A stretch of 64,000 nucleotides of DNA from a bacterium (GTDB lineage Bacteria; Zhuqueibacterota; Zhuqueibacteria; Residuimicrobiales; Krinioviventaceae). Positions within the stretch are counted from its first letter, which is position 1. Each line of letters begins with the position of its first letter. This document shows, one piece after another, positions 49,350 through 61,000 of this stretch. The notes beneath the pieces were generated by a model that did not search any database, was not told the origin of the DNA, and saw nothing but the letters and a program-made list of their open reading frames with translations. Position numbers and translations under genes: made by a program. The stretch lies in NCBI GenBank assembly GCA_963675755.2, contig CAXXMD010000002.1, positions 2,176,001-2,240,000 on the forward strand. The letters are read 5' to 3'.

Positions 49350-51170
49350 TTAAAATATCCCCTTGATCTTGTTGGTTACGTTCTTTTTCTCTTCTTCAAT
49401 GCGGGCCTCGACCTCTTTTTTCTTGTCGTCGATCTGCTTCTGGTATTCATTTACCCTGGCTTCCACATCGTCGATGCGTTTTTGCAGTTCGGCGTTCTTG
49501 TCCGCAACCAACTGCTCAACCTGTTGTTTTTTTGCATCCACTTTAGCATTTACAGCTGAACGGATTTTCTGTTTCGCTTTATCCACTTCATCACCCACCA
49601 TGGATTTTAGCGCGTTTGCAACCACATTATCCAGATTAGAATCGAGTGAGAAATCGGTATCGTCCGGTGTGCCGGTATAGCCGGCCTTGAAATTCACAGT
49701 CGAGATATCCGTAAACACATCACGCACTACCGCGGCCGTCTTGCCTTCGCTCTCAGCAAAAGCAAAACCCATTTGGGATCCGGTAAAATCCACATTTCCA
49801 CTTAATTGTTCTTCCAGAACATCGAGTTTGGCCTGCACGCGACCCGCTCCCTTGGTGATGCTGCTGGGCAGAATTTTTGTGCTGCTCAACGGTACGTCGT
49901 TAAACGCCAGATTCGATGCATCCAGCGCAAAATGCTCTTCCGGAGATTCCCCCATATAGTCCAACTCTCCGGTCAAATTCAAAGCCGAACTGTTTGCTTT
50001 AGCACCTTTGATTTCGAACGTGGTTGTTTTGCCGATAATAGGCTGTTCGGATACAATATCGTTCACAATACCGCTAAACTGGTACTGATTCGGCACCAAT
50101 CCCGAAAGCTCTATCTTTTTGATCCAAAATGACGGAAACACATTCTTGCCGGAAAAATGTACAGTCTGCCCTTTATAACGCGGCGGTTTTTCTTTTTTCG
50201 GTTTGTCGGATTTGAATTTTTCCGCGTATCCTCTTGCTTGGCTGGTCAATGACAATACCCGGTTAACACGACTCACAACCTGACTGCCAAATAACAAAAT
50301 CCCGATTTCCTGAGTTGAAATATCGGGCAGTTTAGCTTTATCCATTGCCGCAGAAATATCATCACGCACCCAATCATCCATGGATTTCAATCCGTTACGG
50401 GATTGCTCAATATCCGTTCCAATACCCGATTTTGATGTTTTCACAAACTGTTTTAAAGAATCCATATCCCCCTGAATGGTTTTAAGCGTTGTCAAAGTAG
50501 ACTGGAGTTTATCTACACTTTTAATCTCATTCGGGTTAATAGAATTTATTCTAGTTTTCATATCATCCAGATCCTGGGTGATATTTGTTTTGGCAAAAGT
50601 ATCATCCCATTGGGTATATGTCTCCCGCAAACCGGATTGCAGCGAGTCAATCTTTGCCGGGGCACTCAGATCCAGAATAGCAATAATACTGTCAACATTT
50701 ACCTTGCCGGAAAAAGAGCTAAAATCCAGTTCAGGCACATCAGACACCTTGGTTTCAAGCCTATCAATAGTTTTTGAAATGAATCCCGGTTTCTTTTCCC
50801 CATCGTTGGATTTGGTTTTCCAGGTTCCGTCAGTGGTTCGCTCGGTCCCCCAGGTAACATTGCTGAGCTGAACGTTATCGATCACCACCTTGTTGTACAA
50901 CAAGGGATAAAACTCCATATCGTACTCGGTTTTACCACTTGTCAGCATGTTTTTCCAAGGATCTTTGGGGTCAGTAACCTGCAGACTGTCCCATTTAAAA
51001 TGTAATTGCAATAACGATACATCCAGATTATCGATCTCTACTTTTGCCTGCAAAGCGTTCGATGCTGTTTTTTCCAGTATGCCCTCTAGCCAACTGTCTG
51101 TTAAAAACAATCCCAATACAAAAACAATCGCTGCCAGCACCAGGAGGGCTATAATTCCTTTCCAACGCAT
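49350..51170 (-). CDS. TIGR03545-family protein (AsmA-like)
   Basis: MRWKG + TM, AKVEID, KPPRYKGQ, SNLD, coiled-coil tail; paired with TIGR03546. Confidence 0.8.
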   Translation of the reverse strand: MRWKGIIALLVLAAIVFVLGLFLTDSWLEGILEKTASNALQAKVEIDNLDVSLLQLHFKWDSLQVTDPKDPWKNMLTSGKTEYDMEFYPLLYNKVVIDNVQLSNVTWGTERTTDGTWKTKSNDGEKKPGFISKTIDRLETKVSDVPELDFSSFSGKVNVDSIIAILDLSAPAKIDSLQSGLRETYTQWDDTFAKTNITQDLDDMKTRINSINPNEIKSVDKLQSTLTTLKTIQGDMDSLKQFVKTSKSGIGTDIEQSRNGLKSMDDWVRDDISAAMDKAKLPDISTQEIGILLFGSQVVSRVNRVLSLTSQARGYAEKFKSDKPKKEKPPRYKGQTVHFSGKNVFPSFWIKKIELSGLVPNQYQFSGIVNDIVSEQPIIGKTTTFEIKGAKANSSALNLTGELDYMGESPEEHFALDASNLAFNDVPLSSTKILPSSITKGAGRVQAKLDVLEEQLSGNVDFTGSQMGFAFAESEGKTAAVVRDVFTDISTVNFKAGYTGTPDDTDFSLDSNLDNVVANALKSMVGDEVDKAKQKIRSAVNAKVDAKKQQVEQLVADKNAELQKRIDDVEARVNEYQKQIDDKKKEVEARIEEEKKNVTNKIKGIF

Positions 51171-51171
51171 A

Positions 51172-51696
51172 TCAATCCCTCCAACTGTTTACATTTTCAT
51201 AAATAGAATAAAACTTGGACGATTTAACAACCTGCACGATTTTCAATTTCAAAACGCGTTCATGTATCTTTTCACGATATTGAACAACACCCACCTTGGT
51301 CAGTAAATATACCGGAACCAAAAGCACAAGCGACGAAAGAAAAGCACCCATAACTACGGTATTATTAAATCGTGTCAATGCAACCACGGGTATATTATAC
51401 AAAGATGTCCACATTCCCTTTAGCGCGTCAATATTTACCAGCAGCCAGTATCCGATATTGTGAAACAACGGATCCAGAAAAAAAGCAAAAGCGCTGAATA
51501 CAACAAACCCAAGTATTGCCATTGAAACATTAACATTGATGATCAATATGAGAATGATTACTACCAAAGTCAACAGACTCTTGCCCGGCAGCAGCCCAAT
51601 GATCATACCCAAAATAAAACCACCGGCAAGCTGCGAAGGGGACTCGCCCGAAGTCAACGCCTTTAACAACTTGGCCAGGTATTTCATAATTAGCAT
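51172..51696 (-). CDS. TIGR03546-family membrane protein (DUF2062-like)
   Basis: SPSQLAGGF, LDPLFH, TRFNNTVVMG. Confidence 0.85.
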   Translation of the reverse strand: MLIMKYLAKLLKALTSGESPSQLAGGFILGMIIGLLPGKSLLTLVVIILILIINVNVSMAILGFVVFSAFAFFLDPLFHNIGYWLLVNIDALKGMWTSLYNIPVVALTRFNNTVVMGAFLSSLVLLVPVYLLTKVGVVQYREKIHERVLKLKIVQVVKSSKFYSIYENVNSWRD

Positions 51697-51775
51697 ATGA
51701 ATACTCCCTCTCTATATATTTTGTAATAATAAAACAAAAGTGGATTATTGAATATTAGACAATCAAACAAATAAT

Positions 51776-53404
51776 TTATTTCAATGTATTAACCAATTGA
51801 ACAATATCCAGAATATTTAATTCCCCGTCGTTATTGATATCTGCAGATGCTTTGGCTTTATCAGAATATTGCACCGGGTTCATAACCAGATTTGCAAGTT
51901 CTTTAACATCAACCAGATCAATTTCATCATCCCCATTCACATCCCCTTTGAGTCGATATTCTACAGCCGCAAGCGCATCAACCAATCCCCATCCATACAA
52001 ATTATTGGGATTATCGGCCTTGTCTGCCGTGAACATGAGTGCTTCCCGAACCTGCATGGGCGTCCAGTTGGGATGTGCTTCCAAAATCAAAGCACAAACA
52101 CCGGCTACAATCGGAGTCGAGTAGGATGTCCCTGTCCCATACTCATACCCGGTATTGTCATCCGGATCAGCACATCGCACACCCGTACCCATTGCAACCA
52201 CTTCTGGTTTAATACGCCCGTCATAGGTGGGTCCCGCCGAACTGTAAGCGGCAATATGTTCTTTATTATCCACAGCGCCAACAGAGATTACACTGTCCCC
52301 ATCTGCGGGAGCGGTAATATAATACCATGCATTATCCCGTTCATTTCCGGCAGAAGTACAGATGATAATTCCTCTTGAAACGGCAAGATCCGATGCAATA
52401 GTCATGGGTGATGTGTTACCATCCATGTCCGTATATGTATACCAGTCCAGATACCCAATTGAACAACTGACAATATCCGCGCCCAGGCTGTCGGCCCATT
52501 CAACCGCCGCTATCCAGTGGTCTTCTTCACCGGCATATTCCTGAATCAGATCCTCGGTTTTGGCCAATAGATATGTTGCTCCAAAGGCAGCCCCATACAA
52601 TTCACCGGATTTTTCCGCACCCATTGTAGACAATACTTTGGTACCATGATTGTGCTGATCTGCGTGATCAACCTCCGGATCATTTTCCGTATCATCATCA
52701 TTACGCAAAAAGTCATATTCTCCGGCAATCTTGAGATTGGTAAAAACCTCATGGTCGGTTTTAAAACCCGTGTCCGTAATACAGATTAAAACATCTTTAC
52801 CGGTCAATCCCATATCGTGCACATCCGGGACTTTGATCATTTCCAACTGCTGCAAAGATGAGCCATAAAAATACAAATGGCTGTTAATCTGGAAATCCTG
52901 ATACGGTTCCATACGTGTCACAGGTTCCGGTTGAATGGATTTCCTTCCCGCAATTATCCGGATCCCTTTAACATAGTCCTGTGAGGCTACAACATTCAAC
53001 TGGTCAACATCCAGAATACCGCTTACAGCGTTTAACCATTTACTCTGGTGCCGAACGTGCAAACCCATTGCTATTAATTCATCTATATACTGTTTTTTTA
53101 CGGGCAGATCATAATAATCCATTTTTTCGGCATTTACTTTTGAACGTCTTTTCAGGGCCCGTTCGGTAAGTGCAACTGTATTTGTTTTTTTCAACAAATC
53201 AGATTGCACATTTTCACCCTTGTCCATCAAAAAAATCCAGACCGGCACATTTCCTTCAAACAGTTCTGAATTTATAAAACTTTGCACACTAGAATGAATG
53301 ACAGGATCACTTTTCTCCGAAATATGCCCACTTGACGCAAATACAGATTCAGCAAAAATGAAAAGCAGTCCTATCATCCAAAATTTTAAATAACGTTTAT
53401 TCAA
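51776..53404 (-). CDS. Subtilase (S8) with C-terminal dockerin
   Basis: DTG, HGT, SAGN, GTSYSTP; GDVNGDDEIDLVD...ADINNDGELNILD. Confidence 0.9.
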   Translation of the reverse strand: MNKRYLKFWMIGLLFIFAESVFASSGHISEKSDPVIHSSVQSFINSELFEGNVPVWIFLMDKGENVQSDLLKKTNTVALTERALKRRSKVNAEKMDYYDLPVKKQYIDELIAMGLHVRHQSKWLNAVSGILDVDQLNVVASQDYVKGIRIIAGRKSIQPEPVTRMEPYQDFQINSHLYFYGSSLQQLEMIKVPDVHDMGLTGKDVLICITDTGFKTDHEVFTNLKIAGEYDFLRNDDDTENDPEVDHADQHNHGTKVLSTMGAEKSGELYGAAFGATYLLAKTEDLIQEYAGEEDHWIAAVEWADSLGADIVSCSIGYLDWYTYTDMDGNTSPMTIASDLAVSRGIIICTSAGNERDNAWYYITAPADGDSVISVGAVDNKEHIAAYSSAGPTYDGRIKPEVVAMGTGVRCADPDDNTGYEYGTGTSYSTPIVAGVCALILEAHPNWTPMQVREALMFTADKADNPNNLYGWGLVDALAAVEYRLKGDVNGDDEIDLVDVKELANLVMNPVQYSDKAKASADINNDGELNILDIVQLVNTLK

Positions 53405-53410
53405 TCAAAC

Positions 53411-54832
53411 TCACCATATAAAAGGCATTTGAAATACACAAAAATATCCAAATACTACAAATGCTAAAATCAAGCCAACCAAAAAGATAAAACTGGGTTG
53501 TAAAACTTTTCTGGCTTCATCAGATAACAACTTGGGAAGTACAATGTACAAACCAGCAGCAACCCAAAGTGCCTGCAAAGGTGTAAGTAAAAGACCGTCA
53601 AGAATAGCACCCAGTTTGACCAAAAAGACCGGCTTTAAACCCAAAGTAAATACAATAACCATATTGGAGATAAAAAAGAAAACCAGAAAAATGCGAAACT
53701 GTGTCTTCCACTGGAATTTGCGGTTAAATGCGGGTACACAGAGTCTTAAACTGTCCGCCAGTAAACGCGGCCATCCCGCAAGCTGACCGATCTGGGTTCC
53801 AACCAATGCTGATGCACCGGCGATCAGAAACAGCGTCCCTCCCAGGGATCCCCATTTATTGCTGAATATGGTTGACAAGGTCAATGCAACATCCGGCCCT
53901 TCAGGGGCAAGTTTACTTGCTCCAAGCACACCCGCACCCGCAATCAGAAATCCGCTTGTAGAGATCACACCCAAAATCATGGCAATAGAAGCGTCGGTAT
54001 AAACAACATTACACCATCCTTTAATTTTAAGGGCGGCATTCTTGCTCATATTTTTCAATGCATGCAGATCAGCAGGCTGACCGTATCCTCTGCCCTCAGC
54101 TGCGCCATAACCGGCACCCAACACCCAATATGTATACCAAACCTGACTGGCAAAACCACCCGCGGCCCAGCCCATCAGCGGTAAAATCTCACGCCAGGGA
54201 TTATCAGAAACGCCATCCAGTTTTACTGCCCAGTCGGGTACCGGAGGAATTGTAAATCCAAATAAATGCTCCGTTATCCCAACCTGGGGAAGCACGTTGA
54301 TAGCAACATACAAAACACCTATCAGTACCACAGCAACAAAAAAGCTCATTATGATCTTTAAAAGATCAAACACACCCGACCACACAACAATTAATGAAAA
54401 TATGGTAACAAACCATCCACCAAAATAGGGCGAGACCGGCACCAGACTGTTTATAAACACACCGGCTGCCGATGCCAAAGATCCAATCGCTACCATGGCA
54501 CTGGCAAATTGTGCAACAAGTATCAACCAGACAGCCCAGTTTTTAGGTCCGGGAATTCTGGCACACATGTCTATCATCCCTTCCCCGGTACAGACCGTAT
54601 ACCGTGCGCCACTCATGCCAATCCAGAATTTTAAAAACACACCCAAAATCAGGGCCCAAATAACAGCAGGGCCTAAAATTGCCCCTACACGGGTCGCTAA
54701 AATCACTTCACCAGACCCGATAAATTCTGCGCACCAGATAAATGCAGGACCCACCAGGGCGAGAACTGCAAATCCTTTCGGCGGCATTCTGTAATCAGTT
54801 ACGATGTTTTTTTCACTCATGGGTTCAAACAA
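53411..54832 (-). CDS. NRAMP-like (YcsG-type) membrane transporter
   Basis: GPAFIWCAEFIGSGE, RYTVCTGE; about 11 TM. Confidence 0.75.
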   Translation of the reverse strand: MFEPMSEKNIVTDYRMPPKGFAVLALVGPAFIWCAEFIGSGEVILATRVGAILGPAVIWALILGVFLKFWIGMSGARYTVCTGEGMIDMCARIPGPKNWAVWLILVAQFASAMVAIGSLASAAGVFINSLVPVSPYFGGWFVTIFSLIVVWSGVFDLLKIIMSFFVAVVLIGVLYVAINVLPQVGITEHLFGFTIPPVPDWAVKLDGVSDNPWREILPLMGWAAGGFASQVWYTYWVLGAGYGAAEGRGYGQPADLHALKNMSKNAALKIKGWCNVVYTDASIAMILGVISTSGFLIAGAGVLGASKLAPEGPDVALTLSTIFSNKWGSLGGTLFLIAGASALVGTQIGQLAGWPRLLADSLRLCVPAFNRKFQWKTQFRIFLVFFFISNMVIVFTLGLKPVFLVKLGAILDGLLLTPLQALWVAAGLYIVLPKLLSDEARKVLQPSFIFLVGLILAFVVFGYFCVFQMPFIW

Positions 54833-55782
54833 TCCTCTACTACTTTACCATTTATCAGATTAACTAGATTCTCCACTGCACGTTCATGTAACTGTCGCAT
54901 GGCAGCATCCGAATACCATGCATAATGCCCCGTAGACAGCACCCTGGGATGTGTGATTAATGGCTGTTCTTCAGGACCTGTAGGTTCGTTTTTAAATACA
55001 TCCAGTCCCGCGCAGTGGATCTTGCCCTGATTCAAGGCTTTTAACAAAGCATCAGGATCAATAACATCTCCACGCGCGGTATTGATCAATATCGGACGAT
55101 TGTTCATTATTGCAAATGCGTTATCGTTAATAATATGATACGATGTCTCGTTCAAATCACAATGCAGGCTTATAACATGACTCTCTCCCAAAACATGCTG
55201 CAAGGTAGCCTGAGTGGCACCACAATCATCAAAGACAGACTCGGGGATATTGGGATCATAGGCCAGCACCCGCCCAAACAAATGCCTGACTTTAGTACAA
55301 AAGGTACCACCAATGCGCCCCAGTCCAATAATTCCAACGGTTTTATCATGCAGCTCGAAAATTTCCGGGGTTGGAGGTTTGCTGAAATCATTATAAATAG
55401 ATTTTGAACCGGCAGGAAGCATTCGAATACAGGAATACATTAACGCAATAGCATGATCAGAAACCGAGTGATTTGCATAGCCCTGAACATTTGCAACCCG
55501 TACACCCTGCCGGGTAGCTGCACTCAGATCCACGTTATCATACCCTACACCATAACGAACAACTGCTTTTAATTCAGGTACTTGAGACAAAAAATGCTCA
55601 TCAATCAATGTACCACGGACCATCATTCCAACTGAACCGGATGCAAATTCTATTTTTGCATCTCGGTCCTGCGGATCACCATCATACATTTCCAGTACAT
55701 ATCCATGTTCTTTTAAATACGACGCTTCATACGCATAAGTATCGTATCCACCGTCAATAATCACTACTCGCTGCGTGTTCAT
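54817..55782 (-). CDS. D-isomer-specific 2-hydroxyacid dehydrogenase
   Basis: RYGVGYDNVD, GLGRIG, INTARG, LDVFKNEP, GHYAWYS. Confidence 0.9.
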   Translation of the reverse strand: MNTQRVVIIDGGYDTYAYEASYLKEHGYVLEMYDGDPQDRDAKIEFASGSVGMMVRGTLIDEHFLSQVPELKAVVRYGVGYDNVDLSAATRQGVRVANVQGYANHSVSDHAIALMYSCIRMLPAGSKSIYNDFSKPPTPEIFELHDKTVGIIGLGRIGGTFCTKVRHLFGRVLAYDPNIPESVFDDCGATQATLQHVLGESHVISLHCDLNETSYHIINDNAFAIMNNRPILINTARGDVIDPDALLKALNQGKIHCAGLDVFKNEPTGPEEQPLITHPRVLSTGHYAWYSDAAMRQLHERAVENLVNLINGKVVEDCLNP

Positions 55783-56825
55783 TTTTCCTGCTCTTTTTTA
55801 ATATTCAAAATTACATCCAAGATTTTATCAGCGCCAAAGCGAATCACATCTGTAACCGGCAAACCGGTTTCAAACTCAGTCTGCAATACAATATCACGTG
55901 CTTCACGCTCACCATAATTATTCAAATTCAAAGAGATTGCTACAACCGGTGCAGAATAAACGGGAGCAGTCACTTTTTCGTATATTTCTCTTATAACATT
56001 AATGGGGGGAATTTTGGTATTTGCAGAACCGCGCATGATAGACCGTTCCGGTTGATGGCACAACACCAGCACATCAGGCATAAATCCATGCAGCATGGAC
56101 AATGTAACTCCTGAATATAAAGGATTGGCAATGGCACCCTGGCCTTCTAACAGGAGAAACTCATGGTCCTGATTTTCCAGCACCAATTGTTCAGCCGCAC
56201 CAGCCATAAAATCTCCGGGAACGCTGTCAATGGCAATCCCTTTGCCAGACAATAAAATGCCTCCCTGGCCGGTAGCAATAAATTGGGAATCCAGTCCCCG
56301 TTTTAACAATCCCAAATGCAGCTCATAGGTTGTTATCTTTTTACCGCAATTACAATCCATTCCAACGGTATGGACCCGAAAAGCTTTAACATCTGCAGCC
56401 CTGCAGCGGTTTACAGATAAACCTTTCGGAGGTTTTCGAAGATCATACAATGTAATATTGTTTTGTTTGGCTTTTGTAGAGATCTGGCTATCATCACATA
56501 AATAACTGTGCATACCGTTGTAAATATCGAGACCGGCATCAATGGCTTCCAATATCACAGATCGCCATTCATCCGGCAAAGCGCCTCCAGCAGGATTTAT
56601 GCCAATCACCAGTGCATTGGGATTCAATGCCAGTGCATCTTGAAGAGAAGCGGTTATGGGCACCCCTTTTCCCACCGTTAACAATTCCGAAGCATCTCGC
56701 CCGGAATTATCAGGATCAATCAAAGCCACTACAGAATCCGGTCTATACCGCAATAATACAGATGCCATTTTGGCAAGCGTTGGATGCGTATTCCCGGTTG
56801 TTAGAATAGCGTAACGGCGTTCCAT
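55779..56825 (-). CDS. DUF1611 family protein (DgcN-like)
   Basis: NGMH, VGMDCNCGK, ATGQGG, DFMAGAAE, EGQG. Confidence 0.85.
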   Translation of the reverse strand: MERRYAILTTGNTHPTLAKMASVLLRYRPDSVVALIDPDNSGRDASELLTVGKGVPITASLQDALALNPNALVIGINPAGGALPDEWRSVILEAIDAGLDIYNGMHSYLCDDSQISTKAKQNNITLYDLRKPPKGLSVNRCRAADVKAFRVHTVGMDCNCGKKITTYELHLGLLKRGLDSQFIATGQGGILLSGKGIAIDSVPGDFMAGAAEQLVLENQDHEFLLLEGQGAIANPLYSGVTLSMLHGFMPDVLVLCHQPERSIMRGSANTKIPPINVIREIYEKVTAPVYSAPVVAISLNLNNYGEREARDIVLQTEFETGLPVTDVIRFGADKILDVILNIKKEQEK

Positions 56826-56897
56826 ATTACCTCTTTTGGTTTAAAAAAAGATAATATTAATTTCAGTCAGAGTCAACAGGCTTTTAAACCTGTAATA

Positions 56898-57854
56898 TTA
56901 AAAACGGGGACGGAAACCCTCACCCAGAACTTCATGAACGTTATTTACAATTATAAAAGCATCCGGGTCAATAGCTTTAACCTTGTCTACAAGGTTTACA
57001 ATTTCCTTTTTGCTCAAAACCGTATAAATCACATCTCGCGATTGATTGGTATACACGCCTTTGGCAGCCAAAGCAGTTGCTCCACGGTCCATGTCCAATG
57101 TGATCATTTTTATAACATCTGCCTGCTTTTCAGATATGATAAATGCTGAACGCGCATAATCAAAGCCTTCAATAATCACATCAATAATTCTTGCCGCTAT
57201 AAATACACCAAAAAAGGCATACAGACTCAAAACCAATGCTGGCCTGTCCGGAGAAAGATCTTTGAACCAGATGATAAATCCTGCAATGACGATAACAAAA
57301 AAGTCCATTGTCAGTAATGAATGACCGGGTTTATAACCAAACCGTTTTCGTAAAATAGCCGCAATAATATCTGTACCACCAGTAGTGCCATGAAACTTGA
57401 ATATAATACCAAGCCCCAAACCAACCAGAGAACCACCCATTACTACCAGCAGAACAAACTCGTGTTCAAGCATATAAACAATCGCCGGATGTTCATGCAG
57501 ACGAATAAAAGTGAGTCCGGGTACAACCCCTTGCAATAAATCTATAAAAAAAGAACTAAATGTAAATCCCACAAAAGTACGAATACCAAAACGTCTGCCC
57601 AGTTCCCGAATTCCCCAAATATAAAGAGGAATATTGGTCACCCAGATCATTAAACCTACCGGAATTCTATTACCGGATAGATAATGGATAGCCATAGCCA
57701 GTCCGCTTACGCCTCCGGGTACAACTTTGGCATTCACTAAAAAGACCCCAATACCCAACGCCATTATAAATGACCCAATTAATATCAGAATATAATCTTT
57801 CCAGATTCCTTTTTGATACAATCCCAGGTCCGTGAAAAATTTTGCCAGATTCAT
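56898..57854 (-). CDS. YitT family membrane protein (DUF2179 C-terminus)
   Basis: PGGVSG, TTGGTDI, RGAT, IDPDAF, EVLGEGF. Confidence 0.9.
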   Translation of the reverse strand: MNLAKFFTDLGLYQKGIWKDYILILIGSFIMALGIGVFLVNAKVVPGGVSGLAMAIHYLSGNRIPVGLMIWVTNIPLYIWGIRELGRRFGIRTFVGFTFSSFFIDLLQGVVPGLTFIRLHEHPAIVYMLEHEFVLLVVMGGSLVGLGLGIIFKFHGTTGGTDIIAAILRKRFGYKPGHSLLTMDFFVIVIAGFIIWFKDLSPDRPALVLSLYAFFGVFIAARIIDVIIEGFDYARSAFIISEKQADVIKMITLDMDRGATALAAKGVYTNQSRDVIYTVLSKKEIVNLVDKVKAIDPDAFIIVNNVHEVLGEGFRPRF

Positions 57855-58013
57855 TCATGCCCTTTCATAAACGCAGAAAAAATTCAATTTTTAATGTACA
57901 AATTTTGAATCCGCATTGCAATATAATCTTTGTATTCTTATATTATGTATGCATCAAGTACTGCAATTTTATTTATTCACTTTTTCTGCCCACAGAACAA
58001 ATCTGGAGGTTCA

Positions 58014-61000
58014 ATGTACTGGAAACGATTGCTTAAAGGGGCAATTTTAATTATGTTAATTGGTTCAAACGGTCACTCACAAACCCTGCAAAACAGTATA
58101 ACCCAATGGCTGGTGCTCGGTTCTTTTAAAACAGACACTTTGCACACCGCATTACAAACTCAATTCTTACAAAATGAAGCGGAATTACAACCCGTAAAAG
58201 GCGAAACACCGCTGCCTTCTTCATTCCAGTGGCAGGCGATTGAAACGCTTCCCTCAGGAATCATTGATTTTAGCGAATTCCACTTTCCCGCGCAAACCCA
58301 AAGTATCGCTTATGCAGCAACCTATATTTACTCACAAAATGAGAAAAATATTGTTCTGGCAATTGGCAGCAATGATGCATATGCTTTTTGGTTAAATAAA
58401 ATACGCGTACACGAAAATTTTATTTTCAGAACGCTCCTCAAAGGCGATGACCATGTTACAGTAAGATTATCTTCGGGATGGAACCGTCTTCTGTTCAAAG
58501 TCCTTAATGATGGTGGTGGCTGGGGGCTGAGTGTTGATCTTGAAGACACTGAAGGTAATGTGATTACAGATTTACAATGCACCAATGAAAAACCGGAATC
58601 TGTGAATATGGAAGCCGCGTCTCCCTTTGCCTATATCGATCATTATGAATTTGGCCCCAGTTATATGGACAATGGTAAACGCTATTACCCGCTCAACGTT
58701 ACAATCCGGAACCTGGGTAAATTGGGGACCCATTCGGGCAGGGCTACGGTAGATACCCGCAGAAGCCGGTTCCAGAGTAAATCATTCAAACTCGACACGG
58801 TTACAACCGTATCTTACAATTTCAGTTCAAGGGACTTGTGGAACAAACTCAACAAACCTTGTGGAATTCGTATTGTACTGAATGGTAAAATGAATGATAC
58901 AGAGATTTTCACCATAGAACCCGAAATGATCTTTGCCAGTTTGTTTCAGGGAGATGAACTACCAGAAGAAATTTTACCTTTTAAACCTCTGTTTGCGGAT
59001 TTTAAGGAAAACCTGTTTTGGTACAAAACATTTACAGGCGAACCTTTTTCATATCAACCTAGTGATCTGGCAGATTGCGTGGACCATGCGCTGCATAACG
59101 AATGGGGCCCCTTTGTACAAATGCTGAACACCCTGTTTGTTGATGTCATCAACTTGTCTCACATCATTAAACAGGATACCCTGCACATGATCGGTCAGTC
59201 ACATATCGATATGGCGTGGGTATGGCAATGGCCCGAAACCATTGATGTCTGCCGTCGTACTTATGCATCCGCTATCAATTTTATTGATGAATATCCGGAT
59301 TTTCAATACATCCAGAGTCAGGCTGTAAGCTTTATGTGGATGGAGGAAAAATATCCGGATCTGTTTGCAAAAATCCAGCAAGCCGTCAAAAAAAATCGTT
59401 TCCATCTTGTCGGTGGAATGTGGGTAGAACCCGATCTAAACCTCGCCGGCGGCGAAGCGCTCATTCGCCAAATCCTTTATGGTAAACGCTATTTCAGAGA
59501 AAAATTTGGTGTGGATTGTATTACAGGCTATACTCCCGATACGTTTGGATACACCTGGACCCTGCCTCAAATTCTGGCAAAATCAGGATTCCAGTATTTT
59601 GTTACAACAAAGATCCGCTGGAATGATACAACCCATTTCCCGCACAGTATCTTTCGCTGGATTTCACCGGATGGTTCATCCATTCTGACGTGTTTACCGA
59701 ATGGATTAAATATATCCAACAAACCGGAAGAACTGGCTGAAAAAATGCTGGAATACAAATCCGAAGGGTATAACAATGTACCGGTTCTGTATGGTGTAGG
59801 CGACCATGGCGGCGGTCCTACCCGTCAGCATTTTGAGAGCATCAAAAAACTGCAGAATACCAGCGTGTTTCCGGCACTGGCGCATGACGATCTGGACAGT
59901 TATATGAAACACATTGACTACAAATACCCGGACGCACCAAAGTATGAAAATGAACTGTATCTGGAATATCATCGCGGTACGTTGACAACCCAGGGCCGTG
60001 TAAAAAAACAAAATCGTCAGGCTGAAATCGCTCTCGAAGAATCTGAAAAACTCGCTGTTTTTTCAGGTATCCCCTGGCCAAAAGATTCTCTCGAAACCGC
60101 ATGGAAGCTGGCCCTGTTTAACCAGTTTCACGACATTCTCCCCGGCTCAAGCATTCCAGAGGTTTATGATGATGCGGACAAGGACTATCTGCGAGTCAAT
60201 TCGTTGACCAAAGATATTATAAACAATTCAATGCAGGCTATCACCAAAGACATTGACCTGGATGAAAAAGATACTCCTGTTGTTGTGTTCAATACGTTAA
60301 ACTGGCAGCGAAGCGGTCTGGTTTCTGTCAATCTGCCTCAGGATTTAAGCATCAAAGAAGTCAAAGATGATAATGATGAAAAAATGCCTTATCAGCAAAC
60401 GGATATCAGTGTGCAATTCATTGCCAGAGATGTGCCTGCAAATGGTTATAAAACCTTTTGGCTGCGAAAAGGCAAATACAAACACCATGATGAGATCAAA
60501 GTTGGACCAACCTTTCTTGAAAATGAATTTGTACGTGTAGAAATTGATGCCCAGAACGGCAATATTTCCAGATTCTTTGACAAAGTGAACAATCAGGAAA
60601 TCCTTGTAGAAGGTCAGCAGGGCAATATCCTCCAATTCTTTGAGGATAAACCGGACAACTATGATGCATGGAATATAGGATACACCGGTGAAATGCAGGA
60701 ATGCTCGCAAGTAAGCAGCATCATCATCAAAGAAAAAGGGCCGGCCCGCGCTATTCTCAGTGTTGTGAGAGAGTATAACAAATCAGTGTTCACACAGGAC
60801 TATACCCTGTATGCCGACAGTCCCCGCCTCGATATTGTAACCCAGGCAGACTGGCACGAACATCACATTCTGGCTAAAGCGGCATTTCCGGTAAATATTC
60901 AATCAGACAAGGCAACTTTTGACATTGCCTATGGCAGCATAGAGCGCACAACAAATCCGCAAACCCCGGCTGAAAAAGCCAAATGGGAAGTTGCCGCGCA

